NCBI RefSeq assembly: GCF_018350175.1
Contig: NC_058368.1
Coordinates: 60,576,001 to 60,640,000, forward strand
DNA from: Felis catus
Lineage: Eukaryota
DNA: 64,000 nt
Direction: 5' to 3'
Shown here: piece by piece, positions 26,190-37,940 of the stretch
How positions within the stretch are numbered: the stretch's first letter is position 1
Layout of the letters: the number at the start of each line of letters is the position of its first letter
Position numbers and translations under genes: made by a program
Notes under the pieces: model-generated
Told to the model about the DNA's origin: nothing
What the model saw: only the letters and a program-made list of their open reading frames with translations
The model's database searches: none

Positions 26190-26435
26190 ATAATAATAAT
26201 AGCTAATGGCAAATAGGAACACTTTTTCTTGCAGACTGTTCTAAGCACTTTGAATTTATATTAACTCAATTCTTACCTCAATGCTATGATATAATCTTAT
26301 GTTTATCTTCATTTTATAGGTGAAGAAATGTAAGCAGATACAGGTAAGAAAATTTTCGTAAAGTCCTACACTACTAGCTGGCAGAGCCTGGCTTCACATC
26401 AAGTCTATTTGAGCTCCTCACTATGCTATGCTGTC
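26190..26435 (-). mobile_element. MIR
   Basis: MIR core cattttataggtgaagaaatgtaagcagatacaggtaag...gctggcagagcctggcttcacatcaagtct. Confidence 0.75.
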
Positions 26436-26596
26436 TTGGCTGTTAGTTTAAACAAAAAAAAAAAGAAATTAAAAAGTGGCAGTGTGGCAAATAATGTTCC
26501 CCTGAGGAGACTTATGAGTTTTAGCTATCTAGCCCCACTCTTCAAATTATTAAAATTATTCTATCAGTGACCCCAAATTCTCTGTATGAAGTATAA

Positions 26597-26680
26597 GAGA
26601 ACCTGGGTGGCTCAGTCATTAGACATCTGACTCTTTCTTTTAATGTTTATTTTATTTGAAAGAGAGAGAGAGTGCAAGCA

Positions 26681-26719
<39 letters not shown>

Positions 26720-26802
26720 GAGAGAATCCCAAGTAGGCTCTGTGCTCTCAAGACAGAGCCCAATGCAGGGCTCAATCTCACGAACCTGAGATCATTACCT
26801 GA
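26597..26802. mobile_element. Rearranged Can-SINE: head on + (26597-26635), body and tail on - (26636-26802)
   Basis: cctgggtggctcagtcattagacatctgactctt is followed directly by a T-rich tail and the reverse complement of the body ending gagatcattacctga. Confidence 0.85.
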
Positions 26803-26889
26803 ACAACTGGAATAGAAACAATTAATGATGGAAGTAATATGAAAGTATGGCAAAAACTAAGCACAATTGGTTTTAATGATATCAATGTT

Positions 26890-26937
26890 GTATGTGTATA
26901 TATATATATATACACATACATATATATATACACACAT

Positions 26938-26992
<55 letters not shown>
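26890..26992 (+). repeat. Compound (TA)n/(CA)n microsatellite
   Basis: Seen directly. Confidence 0.96.
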
Positions 26993-27476
26993 GTGCAAAA
27001 AGGTAATTTTATTAAAGCATGGGGACAGGAACAATGGACAGAAGGTGCTGCCACATACTTATATTTTAAATAAATATAAGAAACTGATAACTCAAAACGA
27101 GAAAAAGAATAATCAAGATGGCCTCAGATTTCTCTGTATAATTACATTACATTGCAAGCCTAACAAGAAAAGAATTTAGAGAATAAACAGCTGCCATCTC
27201 TAATTACCTGGCAAAATTGTCCCTCAATTTTTAAAAGCTACAAATACTCATCTTGGTATATTTAAAATTATAAATTAACTAGTGAAATAGTCCCACTGAA
27301 TAAGAAAATGTTACATGGGGAAGAATCAGGAGGTAAAGTATAAAATAATTTTAAGTGAGTATTAAAACAAGTTATATATAGATGTAGATTTAAATTATCC
27401 TAAATTGACACTGTCCTATTACCTGCTGGCAACTGTATTTGAAGCAGGGGAGATTGAGATGAATAAGAAATGTCCC

Positions 27477-27690
27477 GGGGAGCCTGGGTGGCTCAGTCAG
27501 TTGAGCGTCTGACTCCTGATTTCTGGTTCAGGCCATGATCCCAGGGTCCAGGGATTGAGCCCAGCATCGGACTCTGTGCTGACAGTATGGAGCCTGCCTG
27601 GGATTCTCCCTCTCCCTCTCTCTCTGCCCCTGCCCTGCTCACGTGTATGTTTTCTCTCTCTCTTAAAATAAATAAATAAACTTAAAAAAA
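27477..27690 (+). mobile_element. Can-SINE
   Basis: Head, body and tail present; TSD aaatgtccc / aaatatccc. Confidence 0.95.
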
Positions 27691-27859
27691 TATCCCTAAA
27701 CTCATCATTGTTAAGTTGTTAATAAAAACTTGTTATTGAGGAATTAAAATGTATATAACTAATGTACTAGATATAAAATAGTAACAAAATGGGAGAACAT
27801 GATAGTAGAGCAAAGGGGAAGTAAGTCTGAGGAAGCGTAATATTTTAACATAAGATATT

Positions 27860-28025
27860 ACAGACTCTGACTTACAATATATTAGCTTTGATTTGGAAAA
27901 AAAAATCCCTGTAAAACGTTACAAACTATTTTTCAAGAAAATGAGAACTACAGGTAGGTACAGAACTCAGCACAGCGCCTGGCATAAAGTGGCACTACAA
28001 TAAGTATTTCGTTTGGGAATAAATG
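27860..28025 (+). mobile_element. MIR/L2-tail fragment
   Basis: ctcagcacagcgcctggcataaagtggcactacaataagtattt. Confidence 0.55.
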
Positions 28026-28256
28026 AAGGAGTGTGAACATTAAGGCCCTGCTACAAACTGCAAAATCTCTTTGAAAATGTTATTTTTTCTCTGTGTAAGT
28101 GGATAATAAAGCTGATACTAAAGTCTGCTTATTAACCTTGTTCATCCTCAGAAAGAAACTGTTTTGTTGACTGTTTTGATACTGTGGGAAAAGAAATCCA
28201 ATCTTTACAGTGTGCCAGGACCCATAGTTACATTGAAAATGTATTTTGCTGCTTAC

Positions 28257-28411
28257 CATTTTTTTCTTTTTCTTTTTAATGAACAGCTTGTTTCTGAAGT
28301 AGACACACACAATTTGGCACAGTTCTCTACAGTTCAGCACAATATGGTTGAATTGGCAGTCTCTGCTCTGAGGAAGCCATTATTGTCTCTGAAACTTCAT
28401 TAGTCAAATCC
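28257..28411 (-). other. Candidate exon (5'UTR-like, ending in ATG) in unique sequence
   Basis: Minus strand reads atctcattctgtag|GGATTTGAC...AAGAAAAAAATG|gtaagc: canonical AG and a strong donor; no transcript evidence available. Confidence 0.25.
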
Positions 28412-29034
28412 CTACAGAATGAGATCTTTACAAGGCAGAAATAAGACTAATGGCGTGATGCGGGCACAGATACACTAATCTTCATACTTGAAGAATATTT
28501 ACCATGCAGAAAAGATGGCTAAGCAGCTTATAACATATACGACTTTCTTTCATAATTCATTATGAAGAAACAAAGTTCTTTTTTTCAGAATCGATTTTAA
28601 TAATGGTAATTTGAAGACTTTTTTTACTATGCACATGTATTGAAATTAATTTTAAAATATTTTATATATTTACTGGTAACATAAAATATAATAGTATCAC
28701 AAACATTAACTTTTTGAAAATATGTATATAGGATTTGTTTATTGTATTAAGCATTGTAGTTTATAAAGTCTTCAGTTAGCCAAAATTCAAAAGGACCGAT
28801 TTGGATGAGTAAACTTTTCTCCATATGGTAAAACTTTTTCTTTCTGGGAATATTTTACAAAAAATGATATATTTCTTACATTAGCACAGTATTAGAATGT
28901 AATAAATATATTTCCCTGAGAATTCAGTCATTATTATGAATCACATTTGTACTAGCTTGTAAAAGTAGGTATTAAGATATTAAGTGAAATATTTAAACTT
29001 GTAGAAAAAAAGTTACATTGGGCCCAAATCTTCC

Positions 29035-29037
<3 letters not shown>

Positions 29038-29073
<36 letters not shown>
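29038..29073 (+). repeat. (CA)n microsatellite
   Basis: Seen directly. Confidence 0.96.
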
Positions 29074-29075
<2 letters not shown>

Positions 29076-29985
29076 CGCACATGCACACATGAGATTATAA
29101 ATATTGAATTTCAGGCACCATCAACATGTAAAATTTAAAATAAATATATTTAATACATAAAGGAGTTGAAAGTTCTAACTGAATTCTAGATTTGAATCCA
29201 GACCTATCATGGAGTCAATAATATATTTTTAAGAAAAATTAAAAATAATATACATAATTTAAAATATACAACATGAGTCATAGTGTTTAAAATGAGAACA
29301 AAAATTAAGATATTGTGAAATGTTGTCAAAACAAACTACAATAGAGTTATTCTGAGCATATGGATGCATTCAGTAAATACATTATTAATTTGTATACCTG
29401 ATTTTATTCTTCAAATGAAATTTTAGAGTGTTCAAGTTAGGCTATATAATCCTTTAAAATTTCTGCCATAAATATATCTGAGTAATTGTGATTCATAAGT
29501 GGTCTACTGTACTTTATAATGTTCATATTGGCAAGTGAAATTGTCATATCAAAATTGTTCCTGTGATTTTAAAAATTTTGATGTATATTCTTTGTTACTT
29601 TTTATGGACTTAGCTCTCCAAGATCATTCACAAATATAGAATATATATTCCTTGTCAGGATAGTTGATTTTTTTGAGTATTTAATACTCACGTTTTTACA
29701 TAGTAGGTGTTCACGAAGTATTTCCTCCTTAATTGTTTGACTATAACATAATTATTTTGTATACTGTTGTATACCCAGAATCTAAAATATATGGTATAAT
29801 TAATCAGAAGAAATATTAATTATTTCTAAGCTTAAATCATTAAAACAAGAACAATATATTTGTGGGGCTATTAAATTTTAGCACATGCATGCATAGTCAT
29901 TATGCTTAAATATATGGAACCTGAAAATCTGGTATCTAGCAGCATAGACTTTCATAATTATTATTATCAGAATCAACTGTTTTTA

Positions 29986-30221
29986 TTTTTTTATTTTTAA
30001 TATTTAAAAAAAAAATTTTAACGTTTATTTTTTTTGAGACAGAGAGAGACAGAGCATGAACGGGGGAGGGTAAGAGAGAGAGGGAGACACAGAATGTGAA
30101 ACAGGCTCCAGGCTCTGAGCAGTCAGCACAGAGCCTGACGCGGGGCTCGAACCCACAGACCGCGAGATAGTGACCTGAGCCGAAGTCAGACGCTTAACCG
30201 ACTGAGCCACCCAGGTGCCCC
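29986..30221 (-). mobile_element. Young felid SINEC_Fc
   Basis: CpG-rich; perfect 18-bp TSD cagaatcaactgttttta (29968-29985 / 30222-30239). Confidence 0.98.
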
Positions 30222-30509
30222 CAGAATCAACTGTTTTTAGAGATACTACAAAGCTATGAAGGAATAAACTGTTAAGTAACTGATTACTTGAAAACCCATA
30301 ATTTCTCTTCAATTTAAGGGATCCTGGTTATCTAATTTGTGTTTCCTGTATGAACCACTGTAGTCTGATAATTAATTACCTTGAAATGCTAATCCAATGT
30401 AAAATTCAATAAATTGCTTTTGCACATAACACATAGTTTTCCATTTTAATGACTCAGAGATAGGGACCTCCTCTGATCTCTCCTGAACACTGTATTGTTG
30501 AAAAAGGAC

Positions 30510-30940
30510 TGAAGATACTATTGGTGTCCTGCCCATATCCCCCATCCTCCCTGGGAGCTTGTTTGTTGACTGCTGTCTCAGTGTGAGAGTGTTCTCTGGA
30601 TGCAGAAACCCCCTCTCCTGTCTCTCCAAAAGCCAAAGTTGGGAGGAGGCAGGATGGGGGGGGTGGGCTTGGCAGACACATGACCATCAACCAATAAGCA
30701 TCAGCCATTCTGGGGCATGTTCTTTACAGTTTCTCAGAGGGTCCCTAAAGGAATTGGAACCAGTCGCCCACATTGGTTATTTAGTCACAGATCCACTCTG
30801 TATCAAGTTGGCTCCTTTCTCTGTCTGAAGTTTACATCCCTTCCCTCACAGTACTTCTTGGTATTGTTTCTCCATTAAAACACATACACCCCAATCCTTA
30901 TTCTAAGTTTTGCATTTTGGAGGGAACCCAAACTAAAACA
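30510..30940 (+). mobile_element. 5' LTR (LTR16 family, ERVL)
   Basis: gatactattggtgtcctgcccatatcccc start and ttttggagggaacccaaactaaaaca end; immediately followed by a PBS-like sequence. Confidence 0.75.
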
Positions 30941-33507
30941 GCTATGGCCAGAAGTGGTTCTGGAAGGCAAATCCTGAAGATGGGATTCTACAATGTAATT
31001 TCTTGCCTACTGGGTGGTAAACAAATAATTTGTTGTTGTAAAAAACAAATGTGGTGACTGAATGCTACAACTTTGTAATTACTAAGACTTTCATCTTCAG
31101 AGAACTGGAATGAGGCACAGCTCAAGGGGAAGCACTGGCTTCTGTGATACCTCTGGCAACTAAAATATATAAGGCAATGGTAATTAGAGAGATTGTGGAG
31201 TTGGTAGCTTTGGGCTACTCTCTTAGAAGCCTTGATAAAGGGAAGAATAGGTTAGGTCATCCAACTGTCAACTCAGACCTAACTATGAAAGCCAAAAAGC
31301 CTCCATCTCAGCATTTAAAGGAACCATCATTTCCTACACCTGGAAGTGAGACTATGCTGAAAGCAGGCTCAAAAGTTGGCCGCAAGCATGGCAAAATCAG
31401 AAGGACTATGGGTAAACAGAGGGAGTCTGGATATGGGGACTTTTGGTAGGATGTGCTGGAGAACTTCGAGTCCACATAATCATGTAAGCCCTTAGGTTCA
31501 AACAAGTACCCTCTTTCCCTTTTCTTGGGTAGACTAGCCTCCTGATATTTGCAGACCACGCAAAGACCACATCTGAGGTAGATGCCTTATAAACTGATGT
31601 TTGTCCTCTTCAAGATTTTCCTGTCACCTACTCTCATTTCTTCTAGACTGCTAACTAAGCTTACGACTCAATATGACCCAAAAGATGAACTGAAAGTAAA
31701 TGGGTTATTCACCAAAAGGCCTATGAAACGTTGCTAATATTTACCAGAATGGACCAGGAGGGCATGTCAGTGAGTTGCTTCTTAAACATGTTGAAGGGAG
31801 ATGTGTGCAAATAAAGGGCAGCGTAGGAGAGAGTGAATTTATATGGAAGGATTTATGAGTCAGGATTTAATTCTTGGGCAAGGATGCCAGGAATGAAACT
31901 TTGAATCCTGGGGATGATAATGGCTTATAGTAAACTGGGTGGATATGCTGGCACATCCTTGGCAAATAATTGGGGAAGTGATCAGAAGACTCAGAGATAT
32001 GGACGTGATTGATATGGACAAACATAAGATTTATTATGTAAGACCAGAAAACTCCTTTATTGGTTATATTGCCTCAGAAGGCCTAGGAGACACCATCTTC
32101 ACTAAAGTGATGAGGAATGTGACAATGTGAGGTACACTAGAATTGCCGAAAAGGCAGTGGTAGCTGTCCACTAGAGCCCAGATTGGATAATAGGAGATAA
32201 AGTCATGGAACTGCTTATTAACATGAATGTAAATAAGATTCTGTTAAAGATGAGGTCGGGTGATTGTACCTCACCTTGTCAAAGACAAGTTGGGTGTAAT
32301 TGCAGTGTGTGCAACAAGCCTGAAATGGCTACCAAGGTCCTGACCTATAGGAATCTATCAGAGTAACTAATAGACTATTGGTTTCCTATGGACAAGAAAG
32401 GCAGCCAATCAAGTATTGCTTGAAATATAGATCAGTTAGATGGAGGATGCTGTTGGTGGCCATAAGAGGAACTCATGATTCCTTTCCCAGTTTTGAGGAT
32501 TATTCCCAGACCACCAATTAAATGGAAACCAGACCCTCTTCGGGAAAGACTCTGCAATGCCAACATAAGTTTTACATTAGCTGCTTTCTCAAGCTTTCTC
32601 AATAGGACTTTGGTATTTTACCAAAGTAATTATGCATCAGGAAAAAAGTAAGACATAGATATTTAAGAAATGTTGGTTGGAAGATCTTACCTGGTACTGA
32701 TACTAGGGGTCCCAAATGTCATCATAGTCCACCTTCAGAATGCGGTCACATGGACACAAAATGAAAAGTGCTATTCTAGCTCACATTCATCTCATGGTGG
32801 GATGACTGAGTCTGATCTCATTATGTAGTCATTGCTCCTTTCCTTAACTGTGTACCCAGGAAACATACCGACTCACAGAAATAATTTTGATTTCTTACTA
32901 TATGGAATGAAAACTATCATGATAAGGAAGGCCAACTGGAAGTCATCTTGAAATGGCTTTCCCTGGTCAAGTTAATTAGAAGCAATAGCCATGGCCAAAG
33001 TGGAATGGTAAAGAGTTAAGACATATTCAAAAGACTTAAAAATTATAGGGTTGCTGATGTATGAGTCCTACAAAAACCAGATGGATAATGGCAGATGATT
33101 ATAGATTATTGTAACTTTAACCTAGTGGTAACCTCAAGCATACCTGCTATACAGAATGCAGTATGTTTTCTAGAAGAGGTTAATACAGACTTTGGAACCT
33201 GGTATGTGGCTATCGATATGGTGATTGTATTCTTTTTATTCCTCATCAAGGCAGCAGTACTTACTAATTTTCTTGCCTAAAGGCTATGTCAATTCTTCTG
33301 TTCTCAACCACAATACAGTACAAAAAAGCCTTAATTGTCCAGACATTCCAGAAAAGTTTATGCTGATCTAATATATTGATAGTATCATGTTAATTATACC
33401 TGGTGAGCAGGAAATGCCAAGTTCTTTAGATGTCCTGTTGAGAAACAAGTGGGCCAGTTGTTAGGAGATATACCCTACCAAGATTCAGTTTCTGCCACAT
33501 CAGTGAG
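30941..33507 (+). mobile_element. ERVL internal region (ERV3-16A3_I-like): PBS, decayed gag-pro-pol, truncated in RT
   Basis: tggccagaagtggttctggaaggcaaatcctgaagatgggattct after the LTR; ORF 33095 DYCNFNLVV..LEEVNTDFGTWYVAIDM matches ERVL RT DYRKLNQVV..LEQINTSPGTWYAAIDL; LPKGYVNS at 33273; YIDS(D)IML at 33372. Confidence 0.88.
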
Positions 33508-33814
33508 GTAATCAGATTAGCCTAATGAGGGGAGCAAACAGTTATTTTAACTGAGTAACGAGGATATTTCAGGTACAGTACGAGGATCCCCAGGTACAGG
33601 AACTACACTACAGGGCAAACACGCAGAGGACCAAGGTCATCATCCAGACAAAGAACCTCACCTTCCAGGAACACTGGTGTTACACAGAGGAGGCCTTCCT
33701 GTCTCTGGTTAGGCTAACCAGTTCCATTTGAACTTGTTCTCTTTGCAACAAAAAGGGGAAATGAACCAGCCTCTAGGGCCCTCCACATTTGCTTCCAAGA
33801 TGGTAAAAATGTAC

Positions 33815-34900
33815 TTTTGCTAACGTATCAGATTGCAGAACAGCTCCAACAAGTAGCCGGACCAGCTTCCACTTTTAATGACAAAATTGAGAATTCTTTT
33901 GGTCACATCATCACCAAAACTCTGTATTATCAGACTTTTAAAAATTTGCCAGTGTGATGTGCTTGAGAATGAATCCCCATTGTGGCTTTAATTTTTCCCA
34001 TTTCTATTCAGCTTGAGTACTTTTTTCCATCTTTATTGACATTTCAGATTTCTGTTGGTCTAAATTGCATCTTTCACCATTTTTAAAAAGTGGATTTTTA
34101 AAATCATTAGTTTTAAACTTCATTATATATTCTGGTTATTAATCTTTCTCAGTTTTATGTGCTGCACACATCTTCCAATCCGTGGTTCACATTTCAATTT
34201 GTGTATGATATATTTGGATACACAGAAAAAATAATATAAATGTAAATTATAGCACTATTTCCTTATTTTTTACTTGTTGTCTTATATGAGAAATCATTTC
34301 TTATATCAATGCCACATAGATAATTGCATATATTACGCTCTACACTTGGTTCTGTAACGTATGAGAAAACTATATTTGTGTTTGGTATATTTTAGGAATC
34401 TATTTTGCCCCCTCCTATTCATAACCAGGTGACTTCTCACTGTAGTGTATTGAGGAATCACTACTTTCTTCACAAATTTGCAGACATCATGGTAATATAT
34501 CAAATTTCCACATAAACATGAATCTATTTCTGTACTTTCTGCTCTATTTTATTAACACATTTATCTCTACTGGCTCCACAGCCAAGACATTGCCTTAATT
34601 CTTCTGATTTGATTATTAGAATTAATATATCGTAGAACAGATCCTCTCACCTTGTTCCTGTCTTCAAAAAGTTTTTCTAATCTTTAATCGTTTGTTCTTT
34701 CACTTTTATTTGAAAACCAATTAATCAAAATCCACTAAGAAATCTATTTAGATTACAATTTACTGCATAATATTTATAGCTTAATTTGGAGCCCAGTTGA
34801 AATCCATACAATGTAGACGCTTCTAAGCATGTGAAATTCACCTTATTTGGTATTACCTTAATATGTTAATTATTTTTATAGCAATCTTGCAAATACTTTT
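33815..34900 (-). mobile_element. Old L1 ORF2 3' region (L1MC/ME-type)
   Basis: L1 antisense motifs gtattatcagactttta..tttgccagtgtgatg..cattgtggctttaattt. Confidence 0.7.
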
Positions 34901-35520
34901 AAAATGTAAATCTTTTTAATCCCATTCTTCCCAAGGCATTACCTGGGGTTATTGTATGAGTTTGGGGAATCCAGGAAGAAAGCTTCAGTTCTAATTCTTA
35001 GAGCAGTTCTGTGAAAAGAGAACATAAAGTATAATTTTTTTTTAATTTCATCCAGAATCCAGATGAAGATATAGAAATTTATTTTAATTTCTTTTGTTGC
35101 TCTCTAGATTTTTTTCTGGTATAACCTTTCACTAAAATTGTAACACTCTCTTGAGCCACGAATTTGGCAGTTTGCAGCCCTGTTTTGTTTGGGTTGTTAG
35201 CCTTTTCTCCCATGCCAGCCTGACACGGACAAGGAACTCCAGCTCTCAACCACAGTGACTATTTTCTGCCTTATTCCCAACCACCCAGCTGTCCGGGCCA
35301 AGCACCAGTCTGATTTTAGTTTTTTCTTCATTTGTGTCACAAGGGGAATCTTGTACCTTATTGGGAACACAGCTATAAGTTTAAGTTTGTTCAATGTGCT
35401 TTATTCAACATTTTTGAGCTACTTGATATTCCAGGGTTCCCGTATTTTCTGTACAATATATTGCCAGTAGAGGAAAAATTTTAATAAGAGATTCTTAAAA
35501 TTAATATGTTCTAGTCACTT

Positions 35521-35735
35521 GGGGCACCTGGGTGGCTCAGTCACTTAAGTGTCCAACTCTTGATTTAGGCTCAGGTCATGATCTTGAGGTTGTTGGGTTC
35601 CAGCCCAGCATCAGGCTAGGCGATGACAGTGTGAAGCCTGCTTGGGATTTTCTCTCTCTCTCTCTCTCTCTCTTTCACTCTCCTGCTCTCTCTCTCTTTC
35701 TCCCAGAATAAATAGACTTTAAAACAAATTTTAAA
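35521..35735 (+). mobile_element. Can-SINE (older feliform type)
   Basis: ggggcacctgggtggctcagtc head, (CT)n and tail. Confidence 0.95.
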
Positions 35736-35771
35736 AGTGTGTGTGCTGGATCTATTTTAAAAAAATGTGTT

Positions 35772-35975
35772 CTGGGTGGCTCAGTAGGTTAAGTGACCCA
35801 CTTGGGCTAAGGTCATGATCTCATAGTTTGTGAGTCTGAGCCCCAAAACAGGCTCTATGCTGACAGTTCAGAGCCTGGAGCCTGCTTTGCATTCTGGGTC
35901 TCCGTCTTTCTCTGCCCCTCCCCACTCACACTCTGTCTCTCTTTCTCTCAAAAATAAACATTAAAAATTTTTTTA
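35772..35975 (+). mobile_element. Can-SINE (SINEC_Fc-like), slightly 5'-truncated
   Basis: ctgggtggctcagtaggttaag head; TSD aaaaaatgtgttct on both sides. Confidence 0.94.
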
Positions 35976-36550
35976 AAAAATGTGTTCTAGACACTAAAAA
36001 TAACCCAGTAATTTTACTACTTTTGTGAATAATTTCAGTAGCACAAATTTACAAACATTTCAAATACAGTGAAGCAGAATGTTTTGGGATTTTTCCCAAG
36101 ATTATTAATATATCTACTTTAGTAATGGAGATATAAATAATTCATGTTTAAACAGCAGAAATATGGAAAAACCATGTAGCCTGAGTTTTACTGATGCAGA
36201 TAAAACTCTCATTCACTGGATGTTAAACAAAATCTCAGAGACATTCAGAAGATAATGATAGAGAAAAGTTAACAGTTGTTTCCAAGAATCTTAACTCAAA
36301 CTAAAATAATTGCAGGACAATACCAATAGTGCACTGATTTCAAGGTGCCTGTTTCAAAATGTGTGGAGAATTATTTATATGTGTACAAATATGTGATACT
36401 AAGTGGTCACAAGAATTCTTAGTGGAATTCTGACTTAGATTTCTTGGTAAATCTGAATATTGTATTCAATTATGTTTTGAATATTTTAATCAGACGTAAA
36501 TTTGAAGTTAATCTACCCATAAGAGATCTCCCCGCAGAAAAGAAATCTTT

Positions 36551-36770
36551 GGGGTGTCTGGGTGGCTCAGTCGGTTAAGCCTCCAACTTCAGCTCAGCTC
36601 ATGATCTTGCCATTCAACAATTTGAGCCCCTTGTTGGGCTCTGTGCTGACAGCTCAGAGCCTTGATTGAGCCTGTTTCAGATTCTGTGTCTCCCTCTCTC
36701 TCTGCCCATCCACCACTTATGCTCTGGCTCTGGCTCTCAAAAATGAATAAACGCTAAAAAATTTTTCTTA
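36551..36770 (+). mobile_element. Can-SINE (SINEC_Fc-like)
   Basis: Head, body and tail present; TSD aaaagaaatcttt / aaaagaaaaccttt. Confidence 0.95.
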
Positions 36771-37344
36771 AAAGAAAACCTTTGTGTTTGAATTAGATAA
36801 CCACCTTTGAGGAAACTCTACTGTGGTCACTGTGTTTTGATTATTAAAGAATAAAACTGAAATCAGTTTCTTTTCTGGTCTTAGTGGATTTTACTTTTGG
36901 TTCTATAACTTTTCATGGCAACTTGGACAAGACTCTTAATCAATTTTCACCCTCTTTTAAAATCAGATGAGAATTTTTGTTCTTTCTATAAGGATATTTT
37001 GAGATTTATATAACCACATAATCTAATAAAATTAGCTATTCATGAACTGGATCATCCCCATGTTATGTGATGTTGTTGAATATTCTTATCACCCCACATT
37101 TCTGAAAAACTAGTATAATGATAATTTGTGTTGATAATGAAACTCCCGAAATGCTTTCTGAATCATTAAAGGAAGACTAGATTAGGTTCAGAATAGTTTT
37201 AGTTTCAAGTGACTCATCTGTCTCATTAATGTCCTAAATTGCGACTCAAAGTCCTTTAGAATCTTCAGAGAAACTCACACTTCATTGTGCTTTCACTAGT
37301 GTTACAGTAGGTTTCCTTTATTTTTTTTAATTTTCAGTGTCAAA

Positions 37345-37550
37345 ACTTGCAGATTAAGATGAGCCTGCACTTTCCACTGTGTACCAGAGACGTGGCTTTG
37401 ACCAATTTTCACAATTTCCACCAAAACTTGACTTTATCTGTAAGACTGGGATACTAATGCCTCACTCATTGTTTGACAGTGCACCCAGCATGTTTAGTCA
37501 GGCCCTAGCATAGTAGTAAGTACATTTACTCTCTTAAATGTTATTATTTT
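37345..37550 (+). mobile_element. MIR fragment
   Basis: tttatctgtaagactgggatactaatgcctcactc...ccctagcatagtagtaagtacatt. Confidence 0.55.
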
Positions 37551-37759
37551 ACTAACTCTTTGCAGCCACCATTATTTTCATCATGCTCCCATTGTTTGTA
37601 GTAATAAGAAATTAACTCATATATGCTATTATACTCAGTCCAAAGTTCTCCAGTTTCCCAATCAACAGAGGAATAGGGTCATTCATGGAACCACAATCCT
37701 ACTGAACATACTTTTCTTGTGTGGTATTAAGATCCTGATTCTCTGATTCACAATTTCTC

Positions 37760-37940
37760 CACCTAATATAGGAAGTTCACATTTACTCTGTGTAATTTTG
37801 AGTTTGTCTCTTTTTTTCCTGAGCTTCAGTTCCTTCATCTGAAACATGAAGTTGATAGGCATAATTTGGAAGACTGAACTGAGAAGAATGCTTCTAGAAA
37901 TCATCTAGTACAGTGTCTGAGAAACATCACAGAATAATGT
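37760..37940 (+). mobile_element. MIR fragment
   Basis: MIR core cctgagcttcagttccttcatctgaaacatgaagttgata. Confidence 0.65.

Noticed and set aside
28286..28403. Plus-strand acceptor after a T-rich tract (aacag|CTTGTT..., LVSEVDTHNL...)
   Set aside because: No recognisable protein; the T tract is equally explained by the A-rich run before the minus-strand ATG
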